A stretch of DNA of 64,000 nucleotides from an uncultured Clostridia bacterium (GTDB taxonomy: Bacteria; Bacillota; Clostridia; Christensenellales; Borkfalkiaceae), in contig CASDRK010000011.1 of NCBI GenBank assembly GCA_949283125.1, positions 23,363 through 87,362 on the forward strand, written 5' to 3'. Below, piece after piece: positions 33,222 to 43,061 of this stretch. The position numbers and the translations under genes are program-made. The stretch's first letter is position 1; each line of letters begins with the position of its first letter. The notes beneath the pieces were generated by a model. The model had not been told where the DNA came from, did no database searches, and was given only the letters and a program-made list of their open reading frames with translations.

Positions 33222-34685
33222 ATGGTAAAAAACAAGAAACTGACCGAAAAGGAATTTCTCGCAGAGAGAAAGGCGGTGCTTGCAAGCTGGAAGACGGGCA
33301 GCGACCCCCAGCTCAACCTCGATAAGGCGGTGGAATTTTTAAAGAGCGTTCCCGACGAAAAGAACTTTGCAAAAAAGCTTGAAAAGGCCAAAAGGGAGGG
33401 CTCGCGCACGCTGGTACAGCCCCGCGCGGGCGTGCCCGTTATAGAAAAGCACATCGAGCTCATGCAGTACCTCGAAAAGAGCGGCGCCGACTTTTTGCCC
33501 TCCACCATAGACAGCTATACCCGTCAGAACAGGTATGCCGAAGCGGAAAAGGGCATAGAGGAGAGCGCCGGCATAGGCAGGGCGCTGCTCAACGGCTTCC
33601 CCGCCGTCAACCACGGCGTTACGGGCTGCAAAAGGGTGTACGACGCGGTAAACGTCCCCCTTCAGGCCCGCCACGGCACGCCCGACGCCAGACTGCTGGC
33701 CGAAGTGGTGCATGCCGCCGGCTGGACTTCCAACGAGGGCGGAGCCATCTCCTATAACGTGCCCTATGCCAAGAGCGTGTCCATAGAGGATACCATAAAA
33801 TACTGGCAGTACTGCGACAGGCTCGTCGGCTACTATGAAGAACACGGCGTCACCATCAACCGCGAACCCTTCGGGCCGCTCACGGGCACGCTCGTTCCCC
33901 CCTCGATATCCAATGCGATAGGCATCATCGAAGCGCTGCTCGCCGCCGAACAGGGCGTAAAGAACATAACCGTCGGCTACGGCATGGGCGGCAACGTCAT
34001 ACAGGATATCGCCGCCATACGCACGCTGCAGAAGCAGACGGACGAATATCTGAACAAATACGGCTATCACGACGTGGTGGTCACCACTGTGTTCCACCAG
34101 TGGATGGGCGGCTTCCCGCAGGACGAAGCGGAGGCGATGGGACTCATATCCATGAGCTCGGTCGTTGGCGCGCTGTCCGGAGCCACGAAGATGATAACCA
34201 AATCCCCTCACGAATCCATAGGCATCCCCACAAAGGAAGCCAACGGCTCGGGCATAAAGGCCTCCAAGATAGTCACCAGACTGCTGTGCGATCAGAAGTT
34301 CCCCGACTGTCAGGCTCTCCGCGACGAGATGGACCAGATAGAGCGCGAAGTCAACTGTCTTATGGACGCGGTCTACCGCGTGGGCGACGGCGACCTTGCG
34401 CAGGGCGTGGTTAAGGCCTTTGAGCTCGGCATGATAGACGTGCCCTTCGCGCCCAGCAAATACAATGCGGGTCTCATTCTTCCCGCGCGCGACAACGACG
34501 GCTGCATCCGCATACTCGAATTCGGCAAGCTTGCCTTCTCGGACGACATAAAGGAGTTCCATAAAAAGAAGATAGCCGAGCGCGCCGCGTCCGAAGGACG
34601 CCCCGTCACATTCCAGCTGACCGTGGACGACGTGTACGCCGTCAGCGAAGGTCACCTCATCGGCAGGCCCAAATACAACGACTGA
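33222..34685 (+). CDS. glmE: Glutamate mutase (methylaspartate mutase) large subunit E
   Basis: 487 aa from the ATG with SD AAGGTGA (the ORF track starts at a GTG at 33213). Long identities to GlmE from memory: [97 protein letters not shown]. Confidence 0.95.
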   Translation: MVKNKKLTEKEFLAERKAVLASWKTGSDPQLNLDKAVEFLKSVPDEKNFAKKLEKAKREGSRTLVQPRAGVPVIEKHIELMQYLEKSGADFLPSTIDSYTRQNRYAEAEKGIEESAGIGRALLNGFPAVNHGVTGCKRVYDAVNVPLQARHGTPDARLLAEVVHAAGWTSNEGGAISYNVPYAKSVSIEDTIKYWQYCDRLVGYYEEHGVTINREPFGPLTGTLVPPSISNAIGIIEALLAAEQGVKNITVGYGMGGNVIQDIAAIRTLQKQTDEYLNKYGYHDVVVTTVFHQWMGGFPQDEAEAMGLISMSSVVGALSGATKMITKSPHESIGIPTKEANGSGIKASKIVTRLLCDQKFPDCQALRDEMDQIEREVNCLMDAVYRVGDGDLAQGVVKAFELGMIDVPFAPSKYNAGLILPARDNDGCIRILEFGKLAFSDDIKEFHKKKIAERAASEGRPVTFQLTVDDVYAVSEGHLIGRPKYND

Positions 34686-34836
34686 CGACAGGCGGCGCCT
34701 TTCACCCGGCGGACGGGATAAGATGCCGTCCGCATGGGCAACATAACAAATAAACGGAGGGCGCCCTCCGTCTTTCGCCCCGGCGAAAGACGAAAAACAT
34801 TTAAAAGCCAATAAATATTTTCAGGAGCACAAAGAG

Positions 34837-36093
34837 ATGAAAATTGTTGATGTCATTCTTACCAAATCATACACCGGCTTTTATTTCGACGACCAGAAGG
34901 CCATCAAGGCCGGTGCGCAGCACGACGGGTTCATGTACGTCGGACAGCCGCTCACCGAAGGTTTCCGCTCCATACGTCAGACGGGCGAAGCCATCTCCAT
35001 CCAGCTCGTCCTTGAGGACGGCACCATAGGATACGGCGACTGCGCGGCCGTGCAGTATTCTGGCGCGGGCGGCCGCGACCCGCTCTTTCTGGCAAGCGAC
35101 TTCATTCCCTTCATGGAAAAGAACATCGTTCCGCAGCTCATAGGCGAGGACGTGGCAAAATTCCGTCCTCTGGCCGAAAAGTATGACAGAATGCATATCG
35201 ACGGCAAGCGCCTGCACACGGCCATACGCTACGGCATAACGCAGGCACTTCTCAACGCCACCGCCAACAGCCGCCGCATAACCATGGCGGAGGTGATACG
35301 CGAAGAGTATAACATCAAAAAGGACGAATACCGTCCAATACCCGTATTCACGCAGTCGGGCGACGACAGATACGACAACGCCGACAAGATGATAATCAAG
35401 CAGGCCGACGTTCTGCCCCACGCGCTCATCAATCACGTGGGCACCAAGCTGGGCGAACACGGCGAAATACTTTTGCAGTACATAGGCTGGCTGCGCGACA
35501 GGATCCTGCGCTACCGCGCCGACGAGCATTACGACCCCGTGCTGCACATCGACGTGTACGGCACGATAGGCATAGCCTTCAACTACGACGTGGACAAGAT
35601 GTTTGAATATCTTTTGGAGTGCGAAAAGAAGGCGGCGCCCTTCCGCATCCGCATCGAGGGCCCCATCGACACGGGCGACCGCGAGGGCACGATGCAGTAC
35701 GAAAAGACGCTCACCGAAAAGCTGCTTGCGGCAGGCTCGAAGCTGGAGATAGTGGCCGACGAGTGGTGCAACACTCTTGAAGACATCAAGTACTTTGCCG
35801 ACAATCACGCGGGCCACGTGCTGCAGATAAAGACGCCTGACCTCGGCGGCGTAAACAACGTTGCGGAAGCAATTCTCTATTGCAATCAGAAGGGTGTCGG
35901 CAGCTACTGCGGCGGCACCTGCAACGAGACCGACGTGTCCGCAAAGACCACCACCAACATAGCCATAGCCTGCAGCGCCATACAGTGCCTTGCAAAACCC
36001 GGCATGGGCATGGACGAAGGCTTCATGATAGTCAAAAACGAAATGAACCGCGTGATCGCCGCCGCCAACAAGAGACTTGCGGCAGGCAAATAA
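34837..36093 (+). CDS. mal: Methylaspartate ammonia-lyase
   Basis: 418 aa. Enolase-superfamily member with the typical N-terminus MKIVDV......GF.FDDQ.AIK.GA..DGF.Y. It directly follows glmE. Confidence 0.9.
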   Translation: MKIVDVILTKSYTGFYFDDQKAIKAGAQHDGFMYVGQPLTEGFRSIRQTGEAISIQLVLEDGTIGYGDCAAVQYSGAGGRDPLFLASDFIPFMEKNIVPQLIGEDVAKFRPLAEKYDRMHIDGKRLHTAIRYGITQALLNATANSRRITMAEVIREEYNIKKDEYRPIPVFTQSGDDRYDNADKMIIKQADVLPHALINHVGTKLGEHGEILLQYIGWLRDRILRYRADEHYDPVLHIDVYGTIGIAFNYDVDKMFEYLLECEKKAAPFRIRIEGPIDTGDREGTMQYEKTLTEKLLAAGSKLEIVADEWCNTLEDIKYFADNHAGHVLQIKTPDLGGVNNVAEAILYCNQKGVGSYCGGTCNETDVSAKTTTNIAIACSAIQCLAKPGMGMDEGFMIVKNEMNRVIAAANKRLAAGK

Positions 36094-36114
36094 CTCAACT
36101 AACGGGGACTTGCC

Positions 36115-36372
36115 ATGAAGAGAGGAATTGCCGGCTCGCTCGAATCCAACGACGCGCTTATAACGGTAAAGGAGAGCAACTCCCTGAAGATAACCGTAAA
36201 GAGCATCGTCTACGATTATTTTCACGAGCAGATAGAAAAAGTAATAAAAGATACGCTCGCAGAGCTCGGAAAGGACAACGTCGAAGTGGTCTGCGAGGAC
36301 AAGGGCGCGCTGGACTACACCCTGCGCGCAAGGCTGATAACGGCCGTGGAGCGGATGGAGGCGCAGAGATGA
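36115..36372 (+). CDS. citD: Citrate/citramalate lyase acyl-carrier (gamma) subunit
   Basis: 85 aa. ..AGSLESNDALI.. matches the CitD prosthetic-group serine context (AGTLESSD). Confidence 0.85.
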   Translation: MKRGIAGSLESNDALITVKESNSLKITVKSIVYDYFHEQIEKVIKDTLAELGKDNVEVVCEDKGALDYTLRARLITAVERMEAQR

Positions 36373-37229
36373 GAAGAAGCCTTTTGTTCATTCCCGGCAA
36401 CAATCCGGCTATGCTGCAGAACAGCGACGTGTTCGACGCCGACGCGGTCATATTCGACCTCGAAGACGCGGTGAGCATGACCGAAAAGGACGCCGCGCGC
36501 ACGCTCATTTCGCAGTATCTTTCTTCACTTAAGAATATTTCTCCTATGGAGATCTCCGTCCGCGTCAACGGCACCGATACGGCGTATTTCGAGGACGACA
36601 TTCAGGCAGTCGTCTGCAACGCCGTGGACACCGTCGTGTTGCCCAAGGCGCGGACGGAAGACCTCCGCCGACTGGATAAAATACTTACCGAAACCGAAAA
36701 GAAAAAGGGCGTAAAACACAAGACGGCGGTGATACCCATCGTCGAGCTCGCCGTCTCCGTTCTGGAGATGGACGAGATAGCCGCCTGCCCCAGAGTAAAC
36801 GGCATACTGTTGGGCGCCGAAGATCTTTCCGGCGACATGGACGTGGTCAGAACAAAGCAGGGCAACGAAATTTTATATGCACGCATGCGCATGGCAACAG
36901 CCTGCGCCGCCCGCAAGATAGACGCCATAGACACGCCCTTCACCGACACGAACGACATGGAGGGATTGAGGGCGGACTGCAACTTTGTCGCCAACCTCGG
37001 TTTTTGCGCAAAGGCGGCCATTCATCCCAATCAGATACCCGTCATAAACGACGTGTTCGTGCCCACCGCGGCGCAGATACGCTGGGCGCTGCGCGTAGAG
37101 GGCGCGGCGGCCAAGGCGGCGGAAAAGGGACTCGGGGTGTTCGGGCTGGACGGCAAGATGGTCGATAAGCCCGTCATAATGCGGGCGCAGAAGATACTCG
37201 CCAAAGCGCGCAAATACGATCTGATTTAG
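36369..37229 (+). CDS. citE: Citryl/citramalyl-CoA lyase (beta) subunit
   Basis: 286 aa from MRRSLLFIPGNNP..., with ..VIFDLEDAV.. (HpcH/CitE family). The start overlaps the citD stop. Confidence 0.9.
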   Translation: MRRSLLFIPGNNPAMLQNSDVFDADAVIFDLEDAVSMTEKDAARTLISQYLSSLKNISPMEISVRVNGTDTAYFEDDIQAVVCNAVDTVVLPKARTEDLRRLDKILTETEKKKGVKHKTAVIPIVELAVSVLEMDEIAACPRVNGILLGAEDLSGDMDVVRTKQGNEILYARMRMATACAARKIDAIDTPFTDTNDMEGLRADCNFVANLGFCAKAAIHPNQIPVINDVFVPTAAQIRWALRVEGAAAKAAEKGLGVFGLDGKMVDKPVIMRAQKILAKARKYDLI

Positions 37230-37238
37230 GAGGCGCAG

Positions 37239-38747
37239 ATGAACAACGGTTTAGGACGTGCCGTGCCTTACGGCTACGAACCCTTCTGCGGGAGCAACGC
37301 GTATCGTTCCCGCAAGCGCGTTCTCATAGATGAAAAACCCACGTCGGACGGCTTCGTCATGCTGCACAGCGTGTCGGAAATGTTCGATAAACTCGGCATA
37401 CGCGACGGAATGACGCTCTCCTTCCATCACCACCTGCGCAACGGCGATTTCGTGCTCAACATGGTGGCGGAGGAGATAAAGCGGAGGGGGCTGAAAAACA
37501 TGAAGCTCGCCCCCAGCTCCATATTCCCCGGCAACGCGGTGCTCGTAGACCTGATCGAAAGCGGCGCCGTGACGGACATATACACCGACTACGTCAACGG
37601 CCCCGTGGCGGAAGCCATCAGCCGCGGCAAGCTTTCGGGCATGTGCGTCATGCACACGCACGGCGGCCGTCCCGCCGCCATAGAGTCGGGCGCGCTCCAC
37701 ATCGACGTGGCCATTCTGGCCGCGCCCGCCGTCGACGCCGAAGGCAACGGCACTGGCACCGAGGGCAAGAGCGCCTGCGGCAGTCTCGGATACGCCGTCA
37801 GCGATCTCATGTATGCCGACAAGGTGGTGCTTGTGACCGACACCCTGATAGAGAGCGCGAAACAGCCCCAGCTTGCCGGCAAATATGTGGACTTCGTGCT
37901 CAAGGTGGACGCAATAGGCGACCCCGCGGGCATAGTGTCCGGCACCACAAGGATAACCAAGGATCCCGTCGGGCTCAAGATAGCGCGCAATACCGCCAGA
38001 CTTTTAGACGAGCTCGGGCTCATCAGACAGGGCCTGTCCATGCAGACGGGCGCGGGCGGCACCAGTCTGGCTGTGGCTCACTACGTGCGCGGACTGATGC
38101 TCGAACGCGGAATACGCGGCAGCTTTGCCTCCGGCGGCATCACGGGCTATTTCACCCGCATGCTCGAGGAGGGACTTTTAGACGAGCTGTACGACGTGCA
38201 GTGCTTCGATCTGGACGCCGTGCGCTCCATAGCCGCAAATCCAGCCCATCACGCCATAAGCGGATCGCGCTACGCCAATCCCTTCGACGACAACGTCGCG
38301 GACAAGCTGGACTTCGTTATCCTCGGCGCCACAGAGATAGACACCGACTTCAACGTCAACGTCACCACCGATTCGCACGGGATGCTCATGGGCGGCTCGG
38401 GCGGACACAGCGACACCGCCCACGGCGCAAAGGTCACGGTGATCACCACCAATCTGGTCAAGTCGCGTCTGCCCATAATACGCGAGCGGGTAACTACCGT
38501 CACCACCCCGGGCGAGGACGTGGACGTGCTCGTCACCGAAAGGGGCATAGCGATAAATCCGCTGCGCACCGACCTTCTGGAAAAGCTCAATGGCAGCAAG
38601 CTGCCCATATATACGATAGAAGAACTGCTTAAAAAGGCTCACGAAATAACGGGAGTCCCCAGGCACGAGACAAAATCCGGCCGCCCCGTCGGCGTTGTGG
38701 TCTACAGGGACGGAACGGTGATAGATACAATAAGACAGGCGGAGTGA
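37239..38747 (+). CDS. citF: Citrate/citramalate lyase alpha subunit (CoA-transferase)
   Basis: 502 aa. Length, position after citE and CitF-like blocks (..SFHHHLRNGD.V.N.V.., ..QTGAGG.SLA..) support the call. Confidence 0.85.
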   Translation: MNNGLGRAVPYGYEPFCGSNAYRSRKRVLIDEKPTSDGFVMLHSVSEMFDKLGIRDGMTLSFHHHLRNGDFVLNMVAEEIKRRGLKNMKLAPSSIFPGNAVLVDLIESGAVTDIYTDYVNGPVAEAISRGKLSGMCVMHTHGGRPAAIESGALHIDVAILAAPAVDAEGNGTGTEGKSACGSLGYAVSDLMYADKVVLVTDTLIESAKQPQLAGKYVDFVLKVDAIGDPAGIVSGTTRITKDPVGLKIARNTARLLDELGLIRQGLSMQTGAGGTSLAVAHYVRGLMLERGIRGSFASGGITGYFTRMLEEGLLDELYDVQCFDLDAVRSIAANPAHHAISGSRYANPFDDNVADKLDFVILGATEIDTDFNVNVTTDSHGMLMGGSGGHSDTAHGAKVTVITTNLVKSRLPIIRERVTTVTTPGEDVDVLVTERGIAINPLRTDLLEKLNGSKLPIYTIEELLKKAHEITGVPRHETKSGRPVGVVVYRDGTVIDTIRQAE

Positions 38748-38756
38748 TATTTGCGC

Positions 38757-39755
38757 ATGGTAAAAGAGGTGATATTGCCCGAAGAGCGGCAGCGCATAGT
38801 TGAGTTCCTCGCTAAGTTCGGACTCAGGTACGAAGACAATATAGATCAGACCCTTTACATGGAGGACGGGGAGGAGATTTACGCCACCCTGTCCGCCAGC
38901 AAGGGGATTTTGAAATGTCTTGCCGTCAGCCCCGAACACAGGAGCGAAAACTGCGTGGCCACGCTGGTAGTGGAGATGATAAACCGTCTCAACGCCGCGG
39001 GCATATACCACTATCAGGTGTTCACAAAGACCGTCTACCGCGATGTGTTTTTAAATCTGGGCTTCAGCCTGCTCATCGAAACGGGCAAGGTGGCCGTGCT
39101 CGAAGGCGGCGACGGCGACATCCGCTCTGTGATCGAAAAGATGCGCGTTCAGCTCAAGTTCGGTCTGGGGCTGGACGGCGGCAAAAACGACGTGGCCTGC
39201 ATAGTGGTGAACGGCAACCCCTTCACCAACGGCCATCTGCGGCTGGTGGAGTACGCGGCCGAACGGCACAAGTACGTGCTCGTGCTCGTCGTCGAGGAGG
39301 AGGGTTCTGATTTCACCTTCAGGGAGAGATACGCCATGGCATATCTCGCGCTCAAGCCCTGCTACAACGTGCTTGTGCTTCCCTCGTCGCAGTACATCGT
39401 CTCCCGCGCGACGTTCCCCGGCTACTTTCTGAAGACGGCGGACGAAACCACCCGCGAATATGCCGAATACGACGCGATGATATTCCGCAATTACTTCATG
39501 CCCGGTCTGGGCATACGCAAGCGCTACGTGGGCACGGAGACGCAGCCCTACATGCGCATATACAACGACACTCTCCGCCGCATACTCATGAACAAGCTCG
39601 AAGTGGTCCCCCGCTTCGAGGAGGACGGCGAAGTGATATCCGCCTCAAAGGTGCGCGCCCTCATCGCCGAGGGCAGGCTGGAGGAGGCGATGAAATTCAT
39701 CCCCCGCAACAACTATTCGATATTCAGGGGCATGGTGCTGTCGCGCAATGAGTAG
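38757..39755 (+). CDS. citC: [Citrate (pro-3S)-lyase] ligase-type acetate:SH-ACP ligase
   Basis: 332 aa from the ATG (the ORF track starts at TTG 38751). The nucleotidyltransferase motif VVNGNPFTNGHLRLVEYAA matches CitC N.NPFT.GH.YL. Confidence 0.85.
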   Translation: MVKEVILPEERQRIVEFLAKFGLRYEDNIDQTLYMEDGEEIYATLSASKGILKCLAVSPEHRSENCVATLVVEMINRLNAAGIYHYQVFTKTVYRDVFLNLGFSLLIETGKVAVLEGGDGDIRSVIEKMRVQLKFGLGLDGGKNDVACIVVNGNPFTNGHLRLVEYAAERHKYVLVLVVEEEGSDFTFRERYAMAYLALKPCYNVLVLPSSQYIVSRATFPGYFLKTADETTREYAEYDAMIFRNYFMPGLGIRKRYVGTETQPYMRIYNDTLRRILMNKLEVVPRFEEDGEVISASKVRALIAEGRLEEAMKFIPRNNYSIFRGMVLSRNE

Positions 39756-40995
39756 CGCGGACGACATCCTGCGCGCGCGCGAAGAGCGCGCCGCGCGCGC
39801 CGCCGCTCTGGCGCGCACGGACGGGGCGGTCACGGTCAAGGCCAACATACCCGGCCCGGACAAGCGCCTCGGCGAAGGGTTTCTGCTCGTCAACATGTTT
39901 GCGGCGCTCGTCTGCCGCGACACGGGCGGAGACGCCGTCGCGGACGACGGCGCGGACGGATTTGCGGCGCTCATGCCGGCCCTCGAGGGCTTTTCAAAGG
40001 CCCGGGCCGTCGCTTTGGAGGAGGGCGAAGAGGGCGGCAGGTTCATAGACATAGACTACTTTCCGCCGGGCGGCGCTTCCAGCGTTTCGCGCGGAAGCCC
40101 GCGGACCTGCTATCTGTGCGGCCGGCCGGCCGCGGTGTGCGCGCGGGAGCGCGCGCACGACCCGCGCGAGCTGCTGTCCGCATTTGTGAACGGCGCGCGG
40201 CGCTGCATAACCTCAAGGCTTGCCGCGGCGGTATCGGACGCGATAGACGCGGAGCTGAAGCTTGAAGATAAATTCGGGCTGGTATCGCCCGCCTCGCGCG
40301 GGTCGCATGCCGATATGGATTACCGGACAATGCTCCTCGCGCGCGACGCCGTGGCGCCGCGCATAGCCGAGATGTTCTGGACGGGATTCGACGGCGGTTC
40401 GTTTACGCAGCTGCGCGCGCTCGGCCGCGAGGCCGAAAGCGCCATGTATGCGGCCGACGGCGGGGTGAACGCCTATAAAGGGCTTATATTCGTCGCCGGA
40501 CTGCTGGTTGCGGCGGCGGGAAGGGTGCTTGCCGCGCGCGGCCGTGCGGACGACATGTACGGCGTTGCCGCGGACATATGCGCGGGCGTATGCGACGAGC
40601 TTGGCGCGCCGGGCGGCGAGGACACCTTCGGCAAAAGGGCCTTTCGCCTGTACGGCGTGCGCGGGGCGAGGGGACAGGCCGCCGACGGCTTCCCGGCCGT
40701 GCGCAGGGCCGAAAAACTTATCGGCGGCGACCTGTCGCCGCGCAGCCTTCGGGCGGCGCTGTGCGACATAGCGGGCAATGCCGAAGATACCGTGCTGCTC
40801 AAGCGCAGCGGCTCTTACGACAGGTATCTGTATTTCAAAAAGCGTATTTCTTCGGTCGATCCCGGTGATGAGACCGAGCTCGGAAAAATCAACGCCGAGT
40901 GCGTGGCAAACGGCATAAGTATCGGCGGCAGCGCAGATCTGCTCGTTGCCGCGGTGCTTGCCGGCAAGCTGCGCGCGATGTGGAAATTTTTCTGA
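39748..40995 (+). CDS. citXG: Fused CitX (holo-ACP synthase) - CitG (triphosphoribosyl-dephospho-CoA synthase)
   Basis: 415 aa. The N-terminal ~130 aa are CitX-like (..ILRAREERA......VTVKANIPGP.K..). The remainder is CitG-like (..FGLVSPASRGSHADMDY..., ..VNAYKGLIF.AGLL..). Confidence 0.7.
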   Translation: MSSADDILRAREERAARAAALARTDGAVTVKANIPGPDKRLGEGFLLVNMFAALVCRDTGGDAVADDGADGFAALMPALEGFSKARAVALEEGEEGGRFIDIDYFPPGGASSVSRGSPRTCYLCGRPAAVCARERAHDPRELLSAFVNGARRCITSRLAAAVSDAIDAELKLEDKFGLVSPASRGSHADMDYRTMLLARDAVAPRIAEMFWTGFDGGSFTQLRALGREAESAMYAADGGVNAYKGLIFVAGLLVAAAGRVLAARGRADDMYGVAADICAGVCDELGAPGGEDTFGKRAFRLYGVRGARGQAADGFPAVRRAEKLIGGDLSPRSLRAALCDIAGNAEDTVLLKRSGSYDRYLYFKKRISSVDPGDETELGKINAECVANGISIGGSADLLVAAVLAGKLRAMWKFF

Positions 40996-41023
40996 AGATA
41001 CGAATAAACCCAAGGAGGAATAT

Positions 41024-43060
41024 ATGAGCAAACTTACCCTTAAGCGCTTAGCGCTGTGGCTTCTCGCGCCGGCAATGATATTTGCTTGCGCGTGCAACAC
41101 GACCGGTTCGGATTCCGGCGACGCCGGCGATGACGACGATCAGCATCAGACGCCCGGCGGCGATGACACCCCCGGCGGCGATGACACCCCCGGCGGCGGC
41201 GATGACACCCCCGGCGGCGGCGACGACGATGATCCCTGGGCCGACGAGGATGTCTACACAGACCTCAGCGTGCGCGACGCTACCGGCACGCACGGCGCGG
41301 TGGCTTCGGCCAACGCGTATGCCAGCAAGGCGGGCTACGACATACTGCGCGCGGGCGGCAACGCTTTCGACGCGGCCGTGGCCGTCGGCTTTGCGATCGG
41401 CGTCACCGAACCTTATGCTTCCGGTGTGGGCGGAGGCGGCGTAATGACCGCGTACAACGCGACTACCGGCGAATATGTGTTCTATAACTTCAGGGAATTC
41501 ATTCCCGCGCTGGGCACCTACGAAAATTATTACAACGCGGTGGGCACCGACGTGCCCACGACGGGCATCTACTCCACGGGCGTTCCCACCGAGGTCGCCG
41601 GCCTGTGCGCCATAAACGAAGACTTCGGCAACCTCACCCTTGCGGAGTGCATGGAACCCGCCATCAAGCTGGCCGAAGAGGGCTTCACCATCGAGGCGAC
41701 TCTGGCCGACAACATCAACATAGGCACATTCCTCGACTACGGTCTGGACGAGACGGTGGAGACCTTCTCCTATAACGGCGAGGGCATCGAACCTCTGGGC
41801 GTGGGCGATACGCTCGTGCAGGAGGACTACGCCAAGGTTCTTCGCGAAATAGCCGAAAACGGCGCTGCCGGCTTCTACACCGGCTGGGTGGCTCAGGCCA
41901 TAGTGGCCGCTTCCGAGGCCAACGACGGCTTCATCACGCAGGCCGACCTTTCGTATGCGATGAACAACTACCCCAAGAAGGGCAAGCCCATCTACACCTC
42001 GTACAACGGCTACGACATCTACACGGCCAACACCCCTTCTTCGGGCGGCATAATTCTGGCCGAATCGCTCAACATGATCTCGCACTACTGCGAAAAGAAC
42101 AACACCACGCTGGCCGAAATAGGCCTCAACACCGACGAATACATTCACATCGTCGGCACGGCCCTTCAGCTCAGCTATGCGGACAAGCGTCACTACATAG
42201 CCGACAACTCCGTAAATCCCGCAACCGGGCAGCCCTTCGTGGACGTCCCCATCGACGGCCTTGCAAACAAGGAATACGCGGCGCAGCGTTTCGACACGTT
42301 CTATGATCCCGACGACACCATACGTCTCACCTCGTCCTACGACTGGGGCGGCGCTTCGGGCGACAAGTCTCCCTTCGAGTATCAGGACGCGGCCGCGACT
42401 GCCGAATACGGCATAGACGTGCACGAGGACGACAACGGCACCACGACCTTCTCCATAGCGGACAGCGAGGGCAACATCGTCTCCATCACGCAGACTCTCA
42501 ACCACTTCTGGGGCGACTACATCGTGCCCGAAGGCTGCGGCTTCTTCCTCAACGACCAGCTCACCAGCTTCTCCGTAAAGGAAAACGCCGAACAGAGCGT
42601 GCACTACATCGCTCCCTACAAGCAGCCCGTGTCGCACATAATGCCCACCATAATCCTTAAGGACGGCAAGCCCTTCGCAACGCTCGGTTCCCCGGGCAGC
42701 ATGAGGATATGCTCCGCCGTGCTCGAAACGGTGCTCAACCTCATCGATTTCAACATGGACATTCAGGACGCCATCGAAACGCCCAGGTTCTACAACTACT
42801 GCGTATCCACGGCCGACAGCAACTCCATGTCCGGCGGCGCCACCTACAAGACGCACAAGCTCATCCACACCGAAACGGCTGCGCAGGATGTGCGTGACGC
42901 CCTGTCCGGAAGGAACTACTACGTCTATAACTACAGCTCGCTCAACAACTTCTTCGGCGGCGTTCAGGGCATAACCTTCCAGTACGACCAGTCGGGCAAC
43001 TTCCAGAATCTCAGGGCGGGCGCCGATCCTCGCCGCGACGGCAAGGCGCTGGCTTACTGA
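41024..43060 (+). CDS. ggt: Gamma-glutamyltranspeptidase family lipoprotein, paralog 1
   Basis: 678 aa from MSKLTLK.. (SD AAGGAGG). It has a lipobox ..IFACAC, an acidic repeat linker, a GGT core (..GGNAFDAAVAVGFAIGV.EP..SG.GGGG..) and the autoprocessing site DNGTTTFS. Confidence 0.9.
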   Translation: MSKLTLKRLALWLLAPAMIFACACNTTGSDSGDAGDDDDQHQTPGGDDTPGGDDTPGGGDDTPGGGDDDDPWADEDVYTDLSVRDATGTHGAVASANAYASKAGYDILRAGGNAFDAAVAVGFAIGVTEPYASGVGGGGVMTAYNATTGEYVFYNFREFIPALGTYENYYNAVGTDVPTTGIYSTGVPTEVAGLCAINEDFGNLTLAECMEPAIKLAEEGFTIEATLADNINIGTFLDYGLDETVETFSYNGEGIEPLGVGDTLVQEDYAKVLREIAENGAAGFYTGWVAQAIVAASEANDGFITQADLSYAMNNYPKKGKPIYTSYNGYDIYTANTPSSGGIILAESLNMISHYCEKNNTTLAEIGLNTDEYIHIVGTALQLSYADKRHYIADNSVNPATGQPFVDVPIDGLANKEYAAQRFDTFYDPDDTIRLTSSYDWGGASGDKSPFEYQDAAATAEYGIDVHEDDNGTTTFSIADSEGNIVSITQTLNHFWGDYIVPEGCGFFLNDQLTSFSVKENAEQSVHYIAPYKQPVSHIMPTIILKDGKPFATLGSPGSMRICSAVLETVLNLIDFNMDIQDAIETPRFYNYCVSTADSNSMSGGATYKTHKLIHTETAAQDVRDALSGRNYYVYNYSSLNNFFGGVQGITFQYDQSGNFQNLRAGADPRRDGKALAY

Positions 43061-43061
43061 C

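Noticed and set aside
33339-36225. Long minus-strand ORFs (33339-34811, 34867-36225) antisense to glmE and mal
   Set aside because: Shadow ORFs. The plus-strand frames match glutamate mutase E and methylaspartate ammonia-lyase almost block for block, and the antisense products have no motifs and a biased composition.
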